From positions 124,001 through 188,000 of IMG/VR virus record IMGVR_UViG_3300043411_001777: a stretch of 64,000 nucleotides of DNA; one strand, written 5' to 3'. Below the pieces are notes generated by a model that ran no database searches, was not told the DNA's origin, and saw only the letters and a list, made by a program, of their open reading frames with translations. The position numbers and the translations under genes were made by a program. How positions within the stretch are numbered: position 1 is the stretch's first letter; every line of letters starts with the position of its first letter. Positions 1 through 8,638 of the stretch are shown here, piece after piece.

Positions 1-1138
1 GGGAAGGAGCATCAAACTCAACAACCCACGAGGTGGGGTCAACAGCGTCTACCGCACAGCTAAAAAAGCAACTGTCCATTAAGGCGTTCACATTAGCATC
101 AGCCCTAACCACCCGAAAAGCTGGAGCAGTTGCATCCAAAAACTTCTGGAGAAAAGCACAATTGGTGGCATGAAACACACCCCCAGTCAAATCAAACGTG
201 GGGTAAGCGACGTCCACAATGCATTCAAATTGGAGGTTCTCCACACAGACAATATCCGTTGCTCCTCCGTTAAAAACGTGAGAGCTTCCGGCCGTTCGGA
301 GTTGAACTCCGGTCGGGTTTCCTGGGAAAAAGACCCCACCTACCTCAAAACCTCTGTAACCCAAACCTACAAGGTTTACGAAGGGCTCTAACGTAAGGCT
401 CTCTGCGTACAGGCCCGGCTGAATTAGGATTGTCCAGGGGTTCGTGGAACTTGGGGCAGGCTCACCCCGAGACACTGCATCTGCCGCATAATCAATGGCA
501 TCCTGCACCGAAGAGAAATCTCCGTGTGCAACAGCCGCCATCGTAATGGCTGAGGTTGCCATGCTGCCAGGCAACTCAAACTCATTAGCTAAGGTGTTGG
601 GAGTCTCCGTATTATCCCGACCCCTATTGGCATCCACGAAGAGCGTACGGCCGCTAGTGGCAGTTCTGCGAAGCAGGGCAAGCATGCGCTGCATGTTCTT
701 ATTCTGGATACCCGCCCAACCCTTCGTGCTGATATCCACTGGGATATTCTCGGACGGATCCCGCTGCTCTGTGGGTGAGATAAGCTCCAACTGAGCAAAA
801 TCAGTCTGGCACCGTAACGCTACGTACTGAACGTCTTCCGTTCCCAGCCCAGAATCTATCAACAGCCGAACAAGATAGGTCCCTTCATTGTCCACTACAA
901 AATTAGCAGTTTGTGAGTTAGCATTATCAGGTGCCAAAAACACAGCGGCTGAGGCCGTCCCGTCTGGACGGTCAGGAATGAATGAAAGGGACCAAAGGTA
1001 TGTAGCCGCCACATTGATAGAGGTAAGGGCTACTTCATACCCAACCAGCAAATCGCTACGGCTTGCATTATCCACCGTTGGTGGGACCACAGGGCCCCCC
1101 AAACTAGAATGTAGCACTGATCGAATGTTAGCAGTCAC
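1..1138 (-). CDS. Tailspike/tail-fibre-like structural protein (3' part runs off the window; not in the supplied ORF track)
   Basis: Manual translation: GTG at 1138 with a GGAAAGGAG Shine-Dalgarno (1144-1152), open to the window edge (~379 codons). The N-terminus has a PKD/Ig-like pattern (TYLWSL...FVVDNEGTYLVRLLI). It is followed by GDFSSVQDAIDYA...TILIQPGLYAESLTL...VNLVG, the typical lead-in to right-handed beta-helix (pectin-lyase-like) domains. It lies directly downstream of the baseplate wedge genes. Confidence 0.7.
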   Translation of the reverse strand, partial: MTANIRSVLHSSLGGPVVPPTVDNASRSDLLVGYEVALTSINVAATYLWSLSFIPDRPDGTASAAVFLAPDNANSQTANFVVDNEGTYLVRLLIDSGLGTEDVQYVALRCQTDFAQLELISPTEQRDPSENIPVDISTKGWAGIQNKNMQRMLALLRRTATSGRTLFVDANRGRDNTETPNTLANEFELPGSMATSAITMAAVAHGDFSSVQDAIDYAADAVSRGEPAPSSTNPWTILIQPGLYAESLTLEPFVNLVGLGYRGFEVGGVFFPGNPTGVQLRTAGSSHVFNGGATDIVCVENLQFECIVDVAYPTFDLTGGVFHATNCAFLQKFLDATAPAFRVVRADANVNALMDSCFFSCAVDAVDPTSWVVEFDAPS

Positions 1139-1156
1139 CGATACTCCTTTCCCCTA

Positions 1157-2446
1157 TCAAGGACTATAGAAGAAATGGGAGACGTCCTCTCCCTCAACCA
1201 ATCGAGGGGTCTTTACTCCAAGCCGGTCCACCCCCACAGTATAGGACTGTCCGGTAAGAACTCGTGGCATTCGCTTGTACAAGCGAAGAAGACTGGGAGC
1301 AATTTGGACTTCCGTGTAAGTCCCAACAGGGACCACAAAACCCAATTTCCCCCCATCATTACCAGATAGGGCGTCAATTCGATAAGAACCGAGGTTGGGG
1401 CCTTCCGAAAACGTTAAAACCTCACCCTCAACTACCGATGCGAAATCCTGATCCGGATCGGTTACCGAATAACCACTGACAGTCGCAAGCCCCTCAAGAC
1501 CTGAGCTAGTGGTATATCGCCTGGGTGTGCTGTCATCAAAAACAAAGCCCAACACTTCCCGAACTCGATAGGTATTGGCATTCAGTCCAGCGTGGATTAC
1601 CAGCTCTGCACCCGGCAGGATATGCTCAAAGGACCTTGAGGTGTCCGAAAACAGAGTGCGATCCACCCATGTCGTACCCCCCTCTCCAGAAAGAGACTTA
1701 ACCCCTCCGCAATACTTTCGGTAATCCTCATAGTTGTAGGAGGATCCCGTCGCAAAGAACTCATCCTCAGGAACGGGGATAGTTTCGAGGAAGAGGTGTC
1801 GGTAGCTGTAAAGCACGTGAGCAGGCTTAAGTGCGCGAAGAACAATTCTGGCATTTTCCTGCAACAAGGCAGGGTTTTCGGGAAACTCTGTGCCCTCATC
1901 TTGAGAAACAAGGATTTCAAGTGAGAACTGGCTTCCCAAAGGTGCATTACTTCGCCGATCTCGATAGGTTATCGGCGTCTCAAGCACCGAGATATCCGCG
2001 TCAGTTAGAAGCTCCAAACCCTCTTGTATGGAGGTGGCTTTCGAACCCTTGACCAGAATTAGGAGCATCTGCTCCAAGAATGACCTAAAGGAAAGGTCAC
2101 CTTCTATCTTTGGATACCCACTAGCAACGTCTGGGAATACCAACTGCCCTATGATTTGGTACAAGAATTCAGGTCGTGTGTACGAGACTTGGTTGTCAGC
2201 GAACACCTCTTGAGCTTCAATTTGAAGCTTCGCGATCTGCTCCGCTAAGGCTTGGAATTCCAGGGTGTAAAACGGACCCGTAACCTCAGACACGTAATTG
2301 CTTGGCAGCAATTCCCGGTACACACGCATGATCTCTTCAAGCAAATTCTGAACGGCATCTCGCTTCGCCTGGGAGTCCCCTAAGGGGGCTGGATTTAGCG
2401 CGATCGAGGTTGAAAATTGCTGCTTAGGGTTAGGCTGGTCTGTCAT
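1157..2446 (-). CDS. Baseplate wedge protein, P2 gpI/DUF2313-like N-terminal domain with C-terminal extension
   Basis: 429 aa. It follows the J-like gene with an ATGA overlap. Motifs FLYQIIGQLVFP...DLSFRSFLEQMLLILVKGS...LRALKPAHV match the gpI-like pattern. Confidence 0.7.
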   Translation of the reverse strand: MTDQPNPKQQFSTSIALNPAPLGDSQAKRDAVQNLLEEIMRVYRELLPSNYVSEVTGPFYTLEFQALAEQIAKLQIEAQEVFADNQVSYTRPEFLYQIIGQLVFPDVASGYPKIEGDLSFRSFLEQMLLILVKGSKATSIQEGLELLTDADISVLETPITYRDRRSNAPLGSQFSLEILVSQDEGTEFPENPALLQENARIVLRALKPAHVLYSYRHLFLETIPVPEDEFFATGSSYNYEDYRKYCGGVKSLSGEGGTTWVDRTLFSDTSRSFEHILPGAELVIHAGLNANTYRVREVLGFVFDDSTPRRYTTSSGLEGLATVSGYSVTDPDQDFASVVEGEVLTFSEGPNLGSYRIDALSGNDGGKLGFVVPVGTYTEVQIAPSLLRLYKRMPRVLTGQSYTVGVDRLGVKTPRLVEGEDVSHFFYSP

Positions 2447-5400
2447 GCGCGACCCCGGATCCGAGCTGCAAAGTCCGGCTCTTCGTCCATCACAATCTCC
2501 AAGTCTCCTAGAGTCAAATACTCTATCGGAGAGGGGACAATGCTCTTGACACCTGAATCCCCATCCACCACATAATAGCAGTGATACTCATAATCCGTTG
2601 GAACCTCTCCCTTCGGAAGAACCAGCAGCACTCTATTACGAGAAAGCTCCTCACGCTTATCCGCGCGCTCTGTAGCTGTGGCAAACGGATATGCCGCCTG
2701 GAGGGTGCTTTCGTCCGTAACTCCTGGGACAACCATTCCGGAAGCACCAATAATGTACTCAGCTCCGGCCCGATACTTGAAAGGGACCCCATTTGCATTC
2801 GGAGGGGTGTCAAAATGGGTGAGGACAGTCTTATTCTGAGTTACCCCACGGAATTCGTATTCCGGGCCCCCACCATTGGTAGTGCTAGCCTCTAGCTCCT
2901 GCACAAGAAAAAACACATCGGTTGTGGAAGTAGACCATGAAGTGATATGAACGTAATCCGAGTCCTGCTCGACGAGCAAAGGTTCTTGGCTCACCACAGC
3001 CCCATCCGACTTTGTCATTTTCGTGAAAGGCAGAACCAAATAGGACACCCCTGACAACCCCTTAACCACATCCACAACATCAGACGGGTACAAGGGCTCC
3101 CCTTGGGATAGCCCATCAAAAAGTCTGGAAACTTCCGCCCGAATTGCACCCTTCATTTGGGTAGCCGACTTCTGCCGATAGGCAGAGTTTGCCAATACTA
3201 CAACGAGCACCAAACTGACAGGGACCGGAATGGCAGCCTTGGCGAGCACATCTGCACTCCCATGCCGATTGTTATCGAGGTCTTGCTGAACCGCAGAAAT
3301 CAAGGCATTGGTGCGGTAAGTGACCACAAAGTTCTCGTCATGCTCATAATCAAACAAAAGGGACTGGCCCTCCACAATTTCAGAATCAGAGGTTAGCTGA
3401 ATGCCAATAGGGGTAGTCTCATCCCCCGAAACTAAGGTGTAGTCGGGTGTTCCACTTAGAACAAAGGGACTGATGTACTCAACAGTTCGGTCATTTGAGA
3501 AAACGCGCAAAGACAAAGGGTTAGCCCCTAAGTTGTTGACGTATTCAATGCCGTCGAGAATAACATGAGCCTCGTCTTCCACAACAATAGGCTCACTTGA
3601 CGGAATACTGATATTCCCATCGGGATCCTGCACCACCTGTATGTAGTCATTTGCCTCTGAAGACCGCCCTAATTGGAAAGGGCTTTCCGTGTGGAACAAG
3701 CTATAGAGATCCGAAGAAACCGTCCCCGTTCGGGAACCTGTAAAAGACACGATGCTACTTACAGGTTGTCGGGTGAAGATGTACTTGTTGCTACGGCGAT
3801 AGCGATATGAACCTCGGATAAGGTCCTCCAAATCCAAATCCGCAGGGTCATTCAGGGTGCCGTCCAACTGAATCATGTTGTAGGACGTGACTTCCACGTT
3901 TGTGAGGTCAAAAGCATAGTCCTTTGACTCATTACGCATTTGGAAACCGAAGTCCCCGAAGTCCAGCATTTCAATGATGGGGTTTTCTTCGCTCAGATTC
4001 GGGTCGATGGCACGGAAACGCAGATCCGAAGGGTCTCCAAAGGTCTCAAATTGCATCCCCTTGACCAGAGAAAAGGAGAAAGCAAACGCATCTGTGACGG
4101 ACGCTTCCACGCCGCCACGAACCCAAACATCAACTTTCCCGCCCGTGTGCAAATCATGCTCAGGCAAGTAATCCCGAAGCATCAACGGATGCCCGGCCTC
4201 GATCACATTGACCTGGCGGACGCCACCGATAGCGGCCGCTGTGCGCACGATACCCTGTGCCGTCCCCACGTCCACCGACGCAATGGCGTTCCCTGCACGA
4301 GTAGCCAACTCACGATTAGTCTCACGGCCTTTACCGCCAAAGGTGCGGCTTTCGTTGGTTACCTGGACCCCAGCCGGGGCTCCCGTAATAGTCCGGATAA
4401 CCCCCGGAGCGACATCACCGCTAACCCCAGAAGAAGCCGCCTGAATGAATGCACGGGTCGACCAGCGCCCGGTGACAGGGTTGTAGTTAGAACCCGCCCC
4501 AGAAGCGTTTATCTGGGCATTTGAGGTCAACCTGAAGCGCTGCCCCCCACCGGACACTTCCTGCCCAATGAAGAAAGACAGGCTTGTTGACGGCCGCGAA
4601 GTCACATATATAGTAACCTCACCGCGGGAAGCCTTGCCACTCTCTCTTGAGGAAGCAGTACGGGCTGCCAAGGCGTCAAAACTGTTGTCGATCAAAGCCT
4701 GAACCTCAGCATCAGAACGCAGGTAAAAGGCGGCCTTTAGCTGTTGCTTGTAACTGCTCTGATTTACAGGGATTGAGGTTCCAGTTCCCGAAGGATCATC
4801 AATTGCAAGCAGGGTTGCAAAATTGGAGGCCGCGTGGACGAACTCCAAAATGAAGCGGATTCGAGAAGCTTCTAGGACGAAGGGGTCAATCTTAGTATCC
4901 CGAGTCACCGACCCGGCATGTACCGCGATTAGAGGCTGGCTTCTGTGGATTGCCTCCACGATCTGCCCATCGATTTGCGTGGTGGAAACCACAGGCAAAG
5001 AACCCACTTGCGGGGTTAGAAGTAGGGGTGTTCCAGACACCTCAGGACTGAAAGCACTCTCAACCTCAATATCAGAGATCAGGTATATCGCCGTAACGGC
5101 GTAAAAGACGGGCTCTGTTGGGGCAATAGTGCTAAACAGCGGGTTTGGAACGGTCGGGTTCGTGGATGTTAGGGTGCCCTGCCTATCGTGTACAAAAGAG
5201 AACTGTGTCTCAACCGAGACAGCCTGCACTGTGATAGAAGTCCGGAGTCGAGTAACCAACTCGGAAATCGAGAACCCTTCATTGAAATCTGTCTGCACGA
5301 CAACGCCATCCGCGTCTGTTTGGGTGCCCAACAGATTGAAATAGAGGGGGTCTGCTAGACGCACATCGTTTTCGTCTACGGTGATATCGGAGTCAATTTC

Positions 5401-5949
5401 CGTATCTGCTATATCAGATAGGACTTCCACACTCTCGCCCGTAGAAATCAGAGTCGGGTTGATCCGATACCAGCCTACAGACCCGCCTGCGGGTGCCGTG
5501 GTTGCGTAAACGTTGTAGCCCATTACGTTCGAATCTTCCAACCCAGAGATAACTACTTTCACAGTACGATCTTGACGCTCAACCCAAACACCAGTCGGGG
5601 GGGATGCTACGGACCCAAACTCATTCTCCGTAGATAGGATAGCCGTGGCTTTGCCCACCGAAGTGGACCCACCACTCGACAAAATACTCTTCACCTCAAT
5701 GACATTGTCCCCGAAAAACAGTTGCAGACCATTTGGGTAAGCCGCAGGATTTGGGACTGTAAACGAGGTCCCCTCAAACACAATAAGGTCCGGATCAGAG
5801 GAAAAGTCCCCGCCGTTGATAGCAATCTGCATATCAATGGTATCAGCATCCACAACGCCAGAGAAAAACCGGAACGATGACGTAGTGGAGAAGATGAAAT
5901 CTGACCGAAGAACATTATCCGGCCCGTAGAATTGCGGGGCAGTTGCCAT
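2443..5949 (-). CDS. Baseplate J-like (gp6-like) wedge protein with N-terminal FN3-like region
   Basis: 1168 aa. Baseplate_J-type motifs: GSVTRD..IDP, R..G..SRGEVT, QAASSGVSGDVAPGVI, VTN..RTFGG..RETNRELATRA, GGKVDVWVRG. It sits between the gp25-like and gpI-like genes. Confidence 0.85.
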   Translation of the reverse strand: MATAPQFYGPDNVLRSDFIFSTTSSFRFFSGVVDADTIDMQIAINGGDFSSDPDLIVFEGTSFTVPNPAAYPNGLQLFFGDNVIEVKSILSSGGSTSVGKATAILSTENEFGSVASPPTGVWVERQDRTVKVVISGLEDSNVMGYNVYATTAPAGGSVGWYRINPTLISTGESVEVLSDIADTEIDSDITVDENDVRLADPLYFNLLGTQTDADGVVVQTDFNEGFSISELVTRLRTSITVQAVSVETQFSFVHDRQGTLTSTNPTVPNPLFSTIAPTEPVFYAVTAIYLISDIEVESAFSPEVSGTPLLLTPQVGSLPVVSTTQIDGQIVEAIHRSQPLIAVHAGSVTRDTKIDPFVLEASRIRFILEFVHAASNFATLLAIDDPSGTGTSIPVNQSSYKQQLKAAFYLRSDAEVQALIDNSFDALAARTASSRESGKASRGEVTIYVTSRPSTSLSFFIGQEVSGGGQRFRLTSNAQINASGAGSNYNPVTGRWSTRAFIQAASSGVSGDVAPGVIRTITGAPAGVQVTNESRTFGGKGRETNRELATRAGNAIASVDVGTAQGIVRTAAAIGGVRQVNVIEAGHPLMLRDYLPEHDLHTGGKVDVWVRGGVEASVTDAFAFSFSLVKGMQFETFGDPSDLRFRAIDPNLSEENPIIEMLDFGDFGFQMRNESKDYAFDLTNVEVTSYNMIQLDGTLNDPADLDLEDLIRGSYRYRRSNKYIFTRQPVSSIVSFTGSRTGTVSSDLYSLFHTESPFQLGRSSEANDYIQVVQDPDGNISIPSSEPIVVEDEAHVILDGIEYVNNLGANPLSLRVFSNDRTVEYISPFVLSGTPDYTLVSGDETTPIGIQLTSDSEIVEGQSLLFDYEHDENFVVTYRTNALISAVQQDLDNNRHGSADVLAKAAIPVPVSLVLVVVLANSAYRQKSATQMKGAIRAEVSRLFDGLSQGEPLYPSDVVDVVKGLSGVSYLVLPFTKMTKSDGAVVSQEPLLVEQDSDYVHITSWSTSTTDVFFLVQELEASTTNGGGPEYEFRGVTQNKTVLTHFDTPPNANGVPFKYRAGAEYIIGASGMVVPGVTDESTLQAAYPFATATERADKREELSRNRVLLVLPKGEVPTDYEYHCYYVVDGDSGVKSIVPSPIEYLTLGDLEIVMDEEPDFAARIRGRA

Positions 5950-7076
5950 TAGAGCACTCCCAAGGATTGACCATTAGTCCCCGCCTGAGCAGTGACGCCT
6001 GGGACCGTGAAGACCACGGGGATATTGATAGGTTCGGCCGATGCGTTTTGCACCGTTATGTCAATTAGGAACACCGTCGGATCTTTCTCGTGCTGCATTA
6101 CATTAACACTCAATATCGAGTATAGCCGTTCTCGCGGTGAAACTTGTTGGACAACAGCCTGTTGCCTTTGAACGTTCTGCACCAGAGAAAGCGCGCGACG
6201 TACATCCTCAGATAAGAGGGCCGCAGTTCCGGCTAAAACCTTGGTTCCAACGACGGATTTTACGATTGACCCGTACTGACGGTGAAAGAAATTGCTTCCG
6301 CGCTCTGTAAGCAGCATCTTGAGCACGATTTGTTGCAGCAAGGACTCATTCTCAATGAGAATGTCTTGGCCAGAAGCATCATACCTGAAGTCATTCTCGA
6401 CATTCGTTCCGCCGCATCTGAGACACCGGTCTCTTGACGTAGCATAGCTAATCTTGAGTAACGGGTTGCTTAAGACGGGCTCTCTAAACCGCGGATACTT
6501 ATCCGTGATCGTTATGTCCCGTATCTGTCGGGAATATGCCAAGATATCCCATGCTGGCAAAATCTTCTGCCCACGCGCTCCGTAGCATCGACCATTTGAT
6601 GAGCTACCGAAACCCAACGCGGCAACGGCGGAACCAGATACCTTAACAAAGGATTCCGGTCCTACTTGAGAGGTGTCCGAAATGCTCAAATGCCCATTGA
6701 CATTTTCAGCTAGGAATGTCCCGCGCCCCCGCAGCTCACGCAAAACTTGTTCCGTTGTAAGACGCGTCCGGCTCGCTACGGGCAGGCTGATACCCCAACT
6801 CCCCTGAGAGGTCTCAACCGTCAAGTCTTTGGTCAACGGCGTTAAATCAAAGGGCCCCCCGACTGAAGCGAACAGTTGGGCCACAGAGAATAACCCCGAT
6901 TGGGGGATGGCAATATCATTAGCTGTGAGCCTGACTGTATTGCTACTAGCAATGCTCTGGGCAGTCTGCAAAGTCCTACGGTCTGAAGGGAGCGTCAAAC
7001 GCTCTTCGTAGGTTAAGTGGGGGCAGTTCCAGCCTAAGGCAAAATCACGTGACATTATTGCAGGGTCCTCTCCCAT
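5949..7076 (-). CDS. Baseplate wedge gp25/GPW-like protein with N-terminal extension
   Basis: 375 aa; the alternative ATG at 7055 (MSRDF) has a GGAG upstream. The C-terminal IENESLLQQIVLKMLLTERGSNFFHRQYGS...L..I..V.V....P....I.I.V pattern is gp25-like. It lies upstream of the J-like gene. Confidence 0.8.
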   Translation of the reverse strand: MGEDPAIMSRDFALGWNCPHLTYEERLTLPSDRRTLQTAQSIASSNTVRLTANDIAIPQSGLFSVAQLFASVGGPFDLTPLTKDLTVETSQGSWGISLPVASRTRLTTEQVLRELRGRGTFLAENVNGHLSISDTSQVGPESFVKVSGSAVAALGFGSSSNGRCYGARGQKILPAWDILAYSRQIRDITITDKYPRFREPVLSNPLLKISYATSRDRCLRCGGTNVENDFRYDASGQDILIENESLLQQIVLKMLLTERGSNFFHRQYGSIVKSVVGTKVLAGTAALLSEDVRRALSLVQNVQRQQAVVQQVSPRERLYSILSVNVMQHEKDPTVFLIDITVQNASAEPINIPVVFTVPGVTAQAGTNGQSLGVL

Positions 7077-7138
7077 ATCTAACGATAGACGGAGAACCGC
7101 CCAATAATCACACGATACCAGAACCCTAAAGAGGTGTA

Positions 7139-7765
7139 ATGCATGTGAGAGCTGCCATTATACAGCTTTGTATACTGTTCCTAGGCGCCTGCACCTATCA
7201 CACAACACCGCCTCCCTCACCAACTCTCCTACCCGTACCGATTATCCAGCAATATGGGCATGTTACAAATTGTGGCCCAACTTCCGCAGCAATGCTGCTT
7301 ATTGCGTACAACTCGGCACTGGATATGGGCAGCACCCAAACTCTAATTGGGGACTGGACTTGGGAAAAATTCCCAAGCCGTAAAGTGGCCTGGGCAGGTC
7401 AAGTGGGCCTAACTTCTGCCAAAATGCTTCAAGCTGCGTTAGCTGAATTCGGCTTCCTTACGACTCATGCGGAGTTTCCACCATACTTCCCCGCCATATT
7501 AGCTTGGACCCATTTGAAAATCGCAATCGGATCCCACAAACCGGTGCTGGCTCTTGTCGACGCGACGATTTTATGGGGACACCAAGCCAGAGGGCTCCAC
7601 TGGATCGTAGTAGTAGGCATTTTAAACGACACCGTTTGGTTCAATGACCCGGCCTATGGGACGCGATCCCAACTTCCCAAGCAAACGTTTCTAGAGGCCT
7701 GGCGTCTCCCTCCAGAATACAAAGGCTATGAAGCCCTCGTCCCAGAAAACCCTTTACCCCCCTAA
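7139..7765 (+). CDS. Putative lipoprotein carrying a C39-like (papain-fold) cysteine peptidase domain
   Basis: 208 aa with an AGAGGT Shine-Dalgarno. It has a hydrophobic N-terminus ending in the lipobox-like FLGA-C, then a Pro-rich linker. LPVPIIQQ...NCGPTSAAM supplies the oxyanion Gln and catalytic Cys, GLHWIVVVG the His, and WFNDPAYG the Asp. Confidence 0.8.
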   Translation: MHVRAAIIQLCILFLGACTYHTTPPPSPTLLPVPIIQQYGHVTNCGPTSAAMLLIAYNSALDMGSTQTLIGDWTWEKFPSRKVAWAGQVGLTSAKMLQAALAEFGFLTTHAEFPPYFPAILAWTHLKIAIGSHKPVLALVDATILWGHQARGLHWIVVVGILNDTVWFNDPAYGTRSQLPKQTFLEAWRLPPEYKGYEALVPENPLPP

Positions 7766-8638
7766 TGGGTCTCGAATCTCAGAAGGCATGTCTGGAAACA
7801 CAAAGTACAGAAGTCCGGACTGCACCGGAGCTGAGTACGCCCGGACCCCGTCCTCCCCAGTCTCGAAAATCAACTCATTCATATCGTGAATGAGTGACTG
7901 CACCAACTGGCCTCTATTGTAGAGGTCCGGATTGAAATCTGGGAACCCCGTCAAGGATCCAGAAAACGCCTGGTAGAGGGTTTCCTCCTTCTCGATAGTG
8001 AGCTGTTCCCTCAGGTCACATTGTTTGATGATACGCCACTCTATATCGGTCACGCGCTCCTTAATTGCTTGGCCAGCCCAAGCACGGATTTGGTGCATGG
8101 TTCGGACAACAGTCTCACTATCCCAAGCCGCCCGTGACAACTTCCCACCCATACGAGCCGGGTAATACCGATCGGACTTTACCCACCCACCCTGATAAGG
8201 CCCATACCCCGTCTCTCCAGGCTCTCCTACAGGGGAGTTAGGAGCCACTGACGAAGGAGCCAGCACACCACCGTGGGGGTATTCCTGGCTGAAAATTGGG
8301 AGCCCTGAGGGGTCCAGCTCCACAACACTGTGGGTGTCTGGATACCGAAAGGGCGAAATATCGTATGGGTTGCCCCCCTGTGCTATATATGCCTGTAACA
8401 GCTTACACAACACCGTATCTTGCCCAACGGAAAAGCCAGTCCGCTCTTCGGTCCGTGTGAGCACACCAGCACTGTCCCTGACTCCACGATAGTACACCCG
8501 CAAAAACCCAATCCGAGCGATCTCCACTTCCAGAATGCGGACGTGTGAGACAAGATCACGCCGATTGTTCAACAGCCAACGGGAAACCGCACGGAAATAG
8601 CCCGCGGGAAAATGCGATAGTTTGGAGAAACTCGACAT
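7754..8638 (-). CDS. Hypothetical protein, probably baseplate-associated
   Basis: 294-aa ORF translationally coupled (TAATG) to the upstream 984-aa gene. No family recognised. Confidence 0.6.
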   Translation of the reverse strand: MSSFSKLSHFPAGYFRAVSRWLLNNRRDLVSHVRILEVEIARIGFLRVYYRGVRDSAGVLTRTEERTGFSVGQDTVLCKLLQAYIAQGGNPYDISPFRYPDTHSVVELDPSGLPIFSQEYPHGGVLAPSSVAPNSPVGEPGETGYGPYQGGWVKSDRYYPARMGGKLSRAAWDSETVVRTMHQIRAWAGQAIKERVTDIEWRIIKQCDLREQLTIEKEETLYQAFSGSLTGFPDFNPDLYNRGQLVQSLIHDMNELIFETGEDGVRAYSAPVQSGLLYFVFPDMPSEIRDPLGG

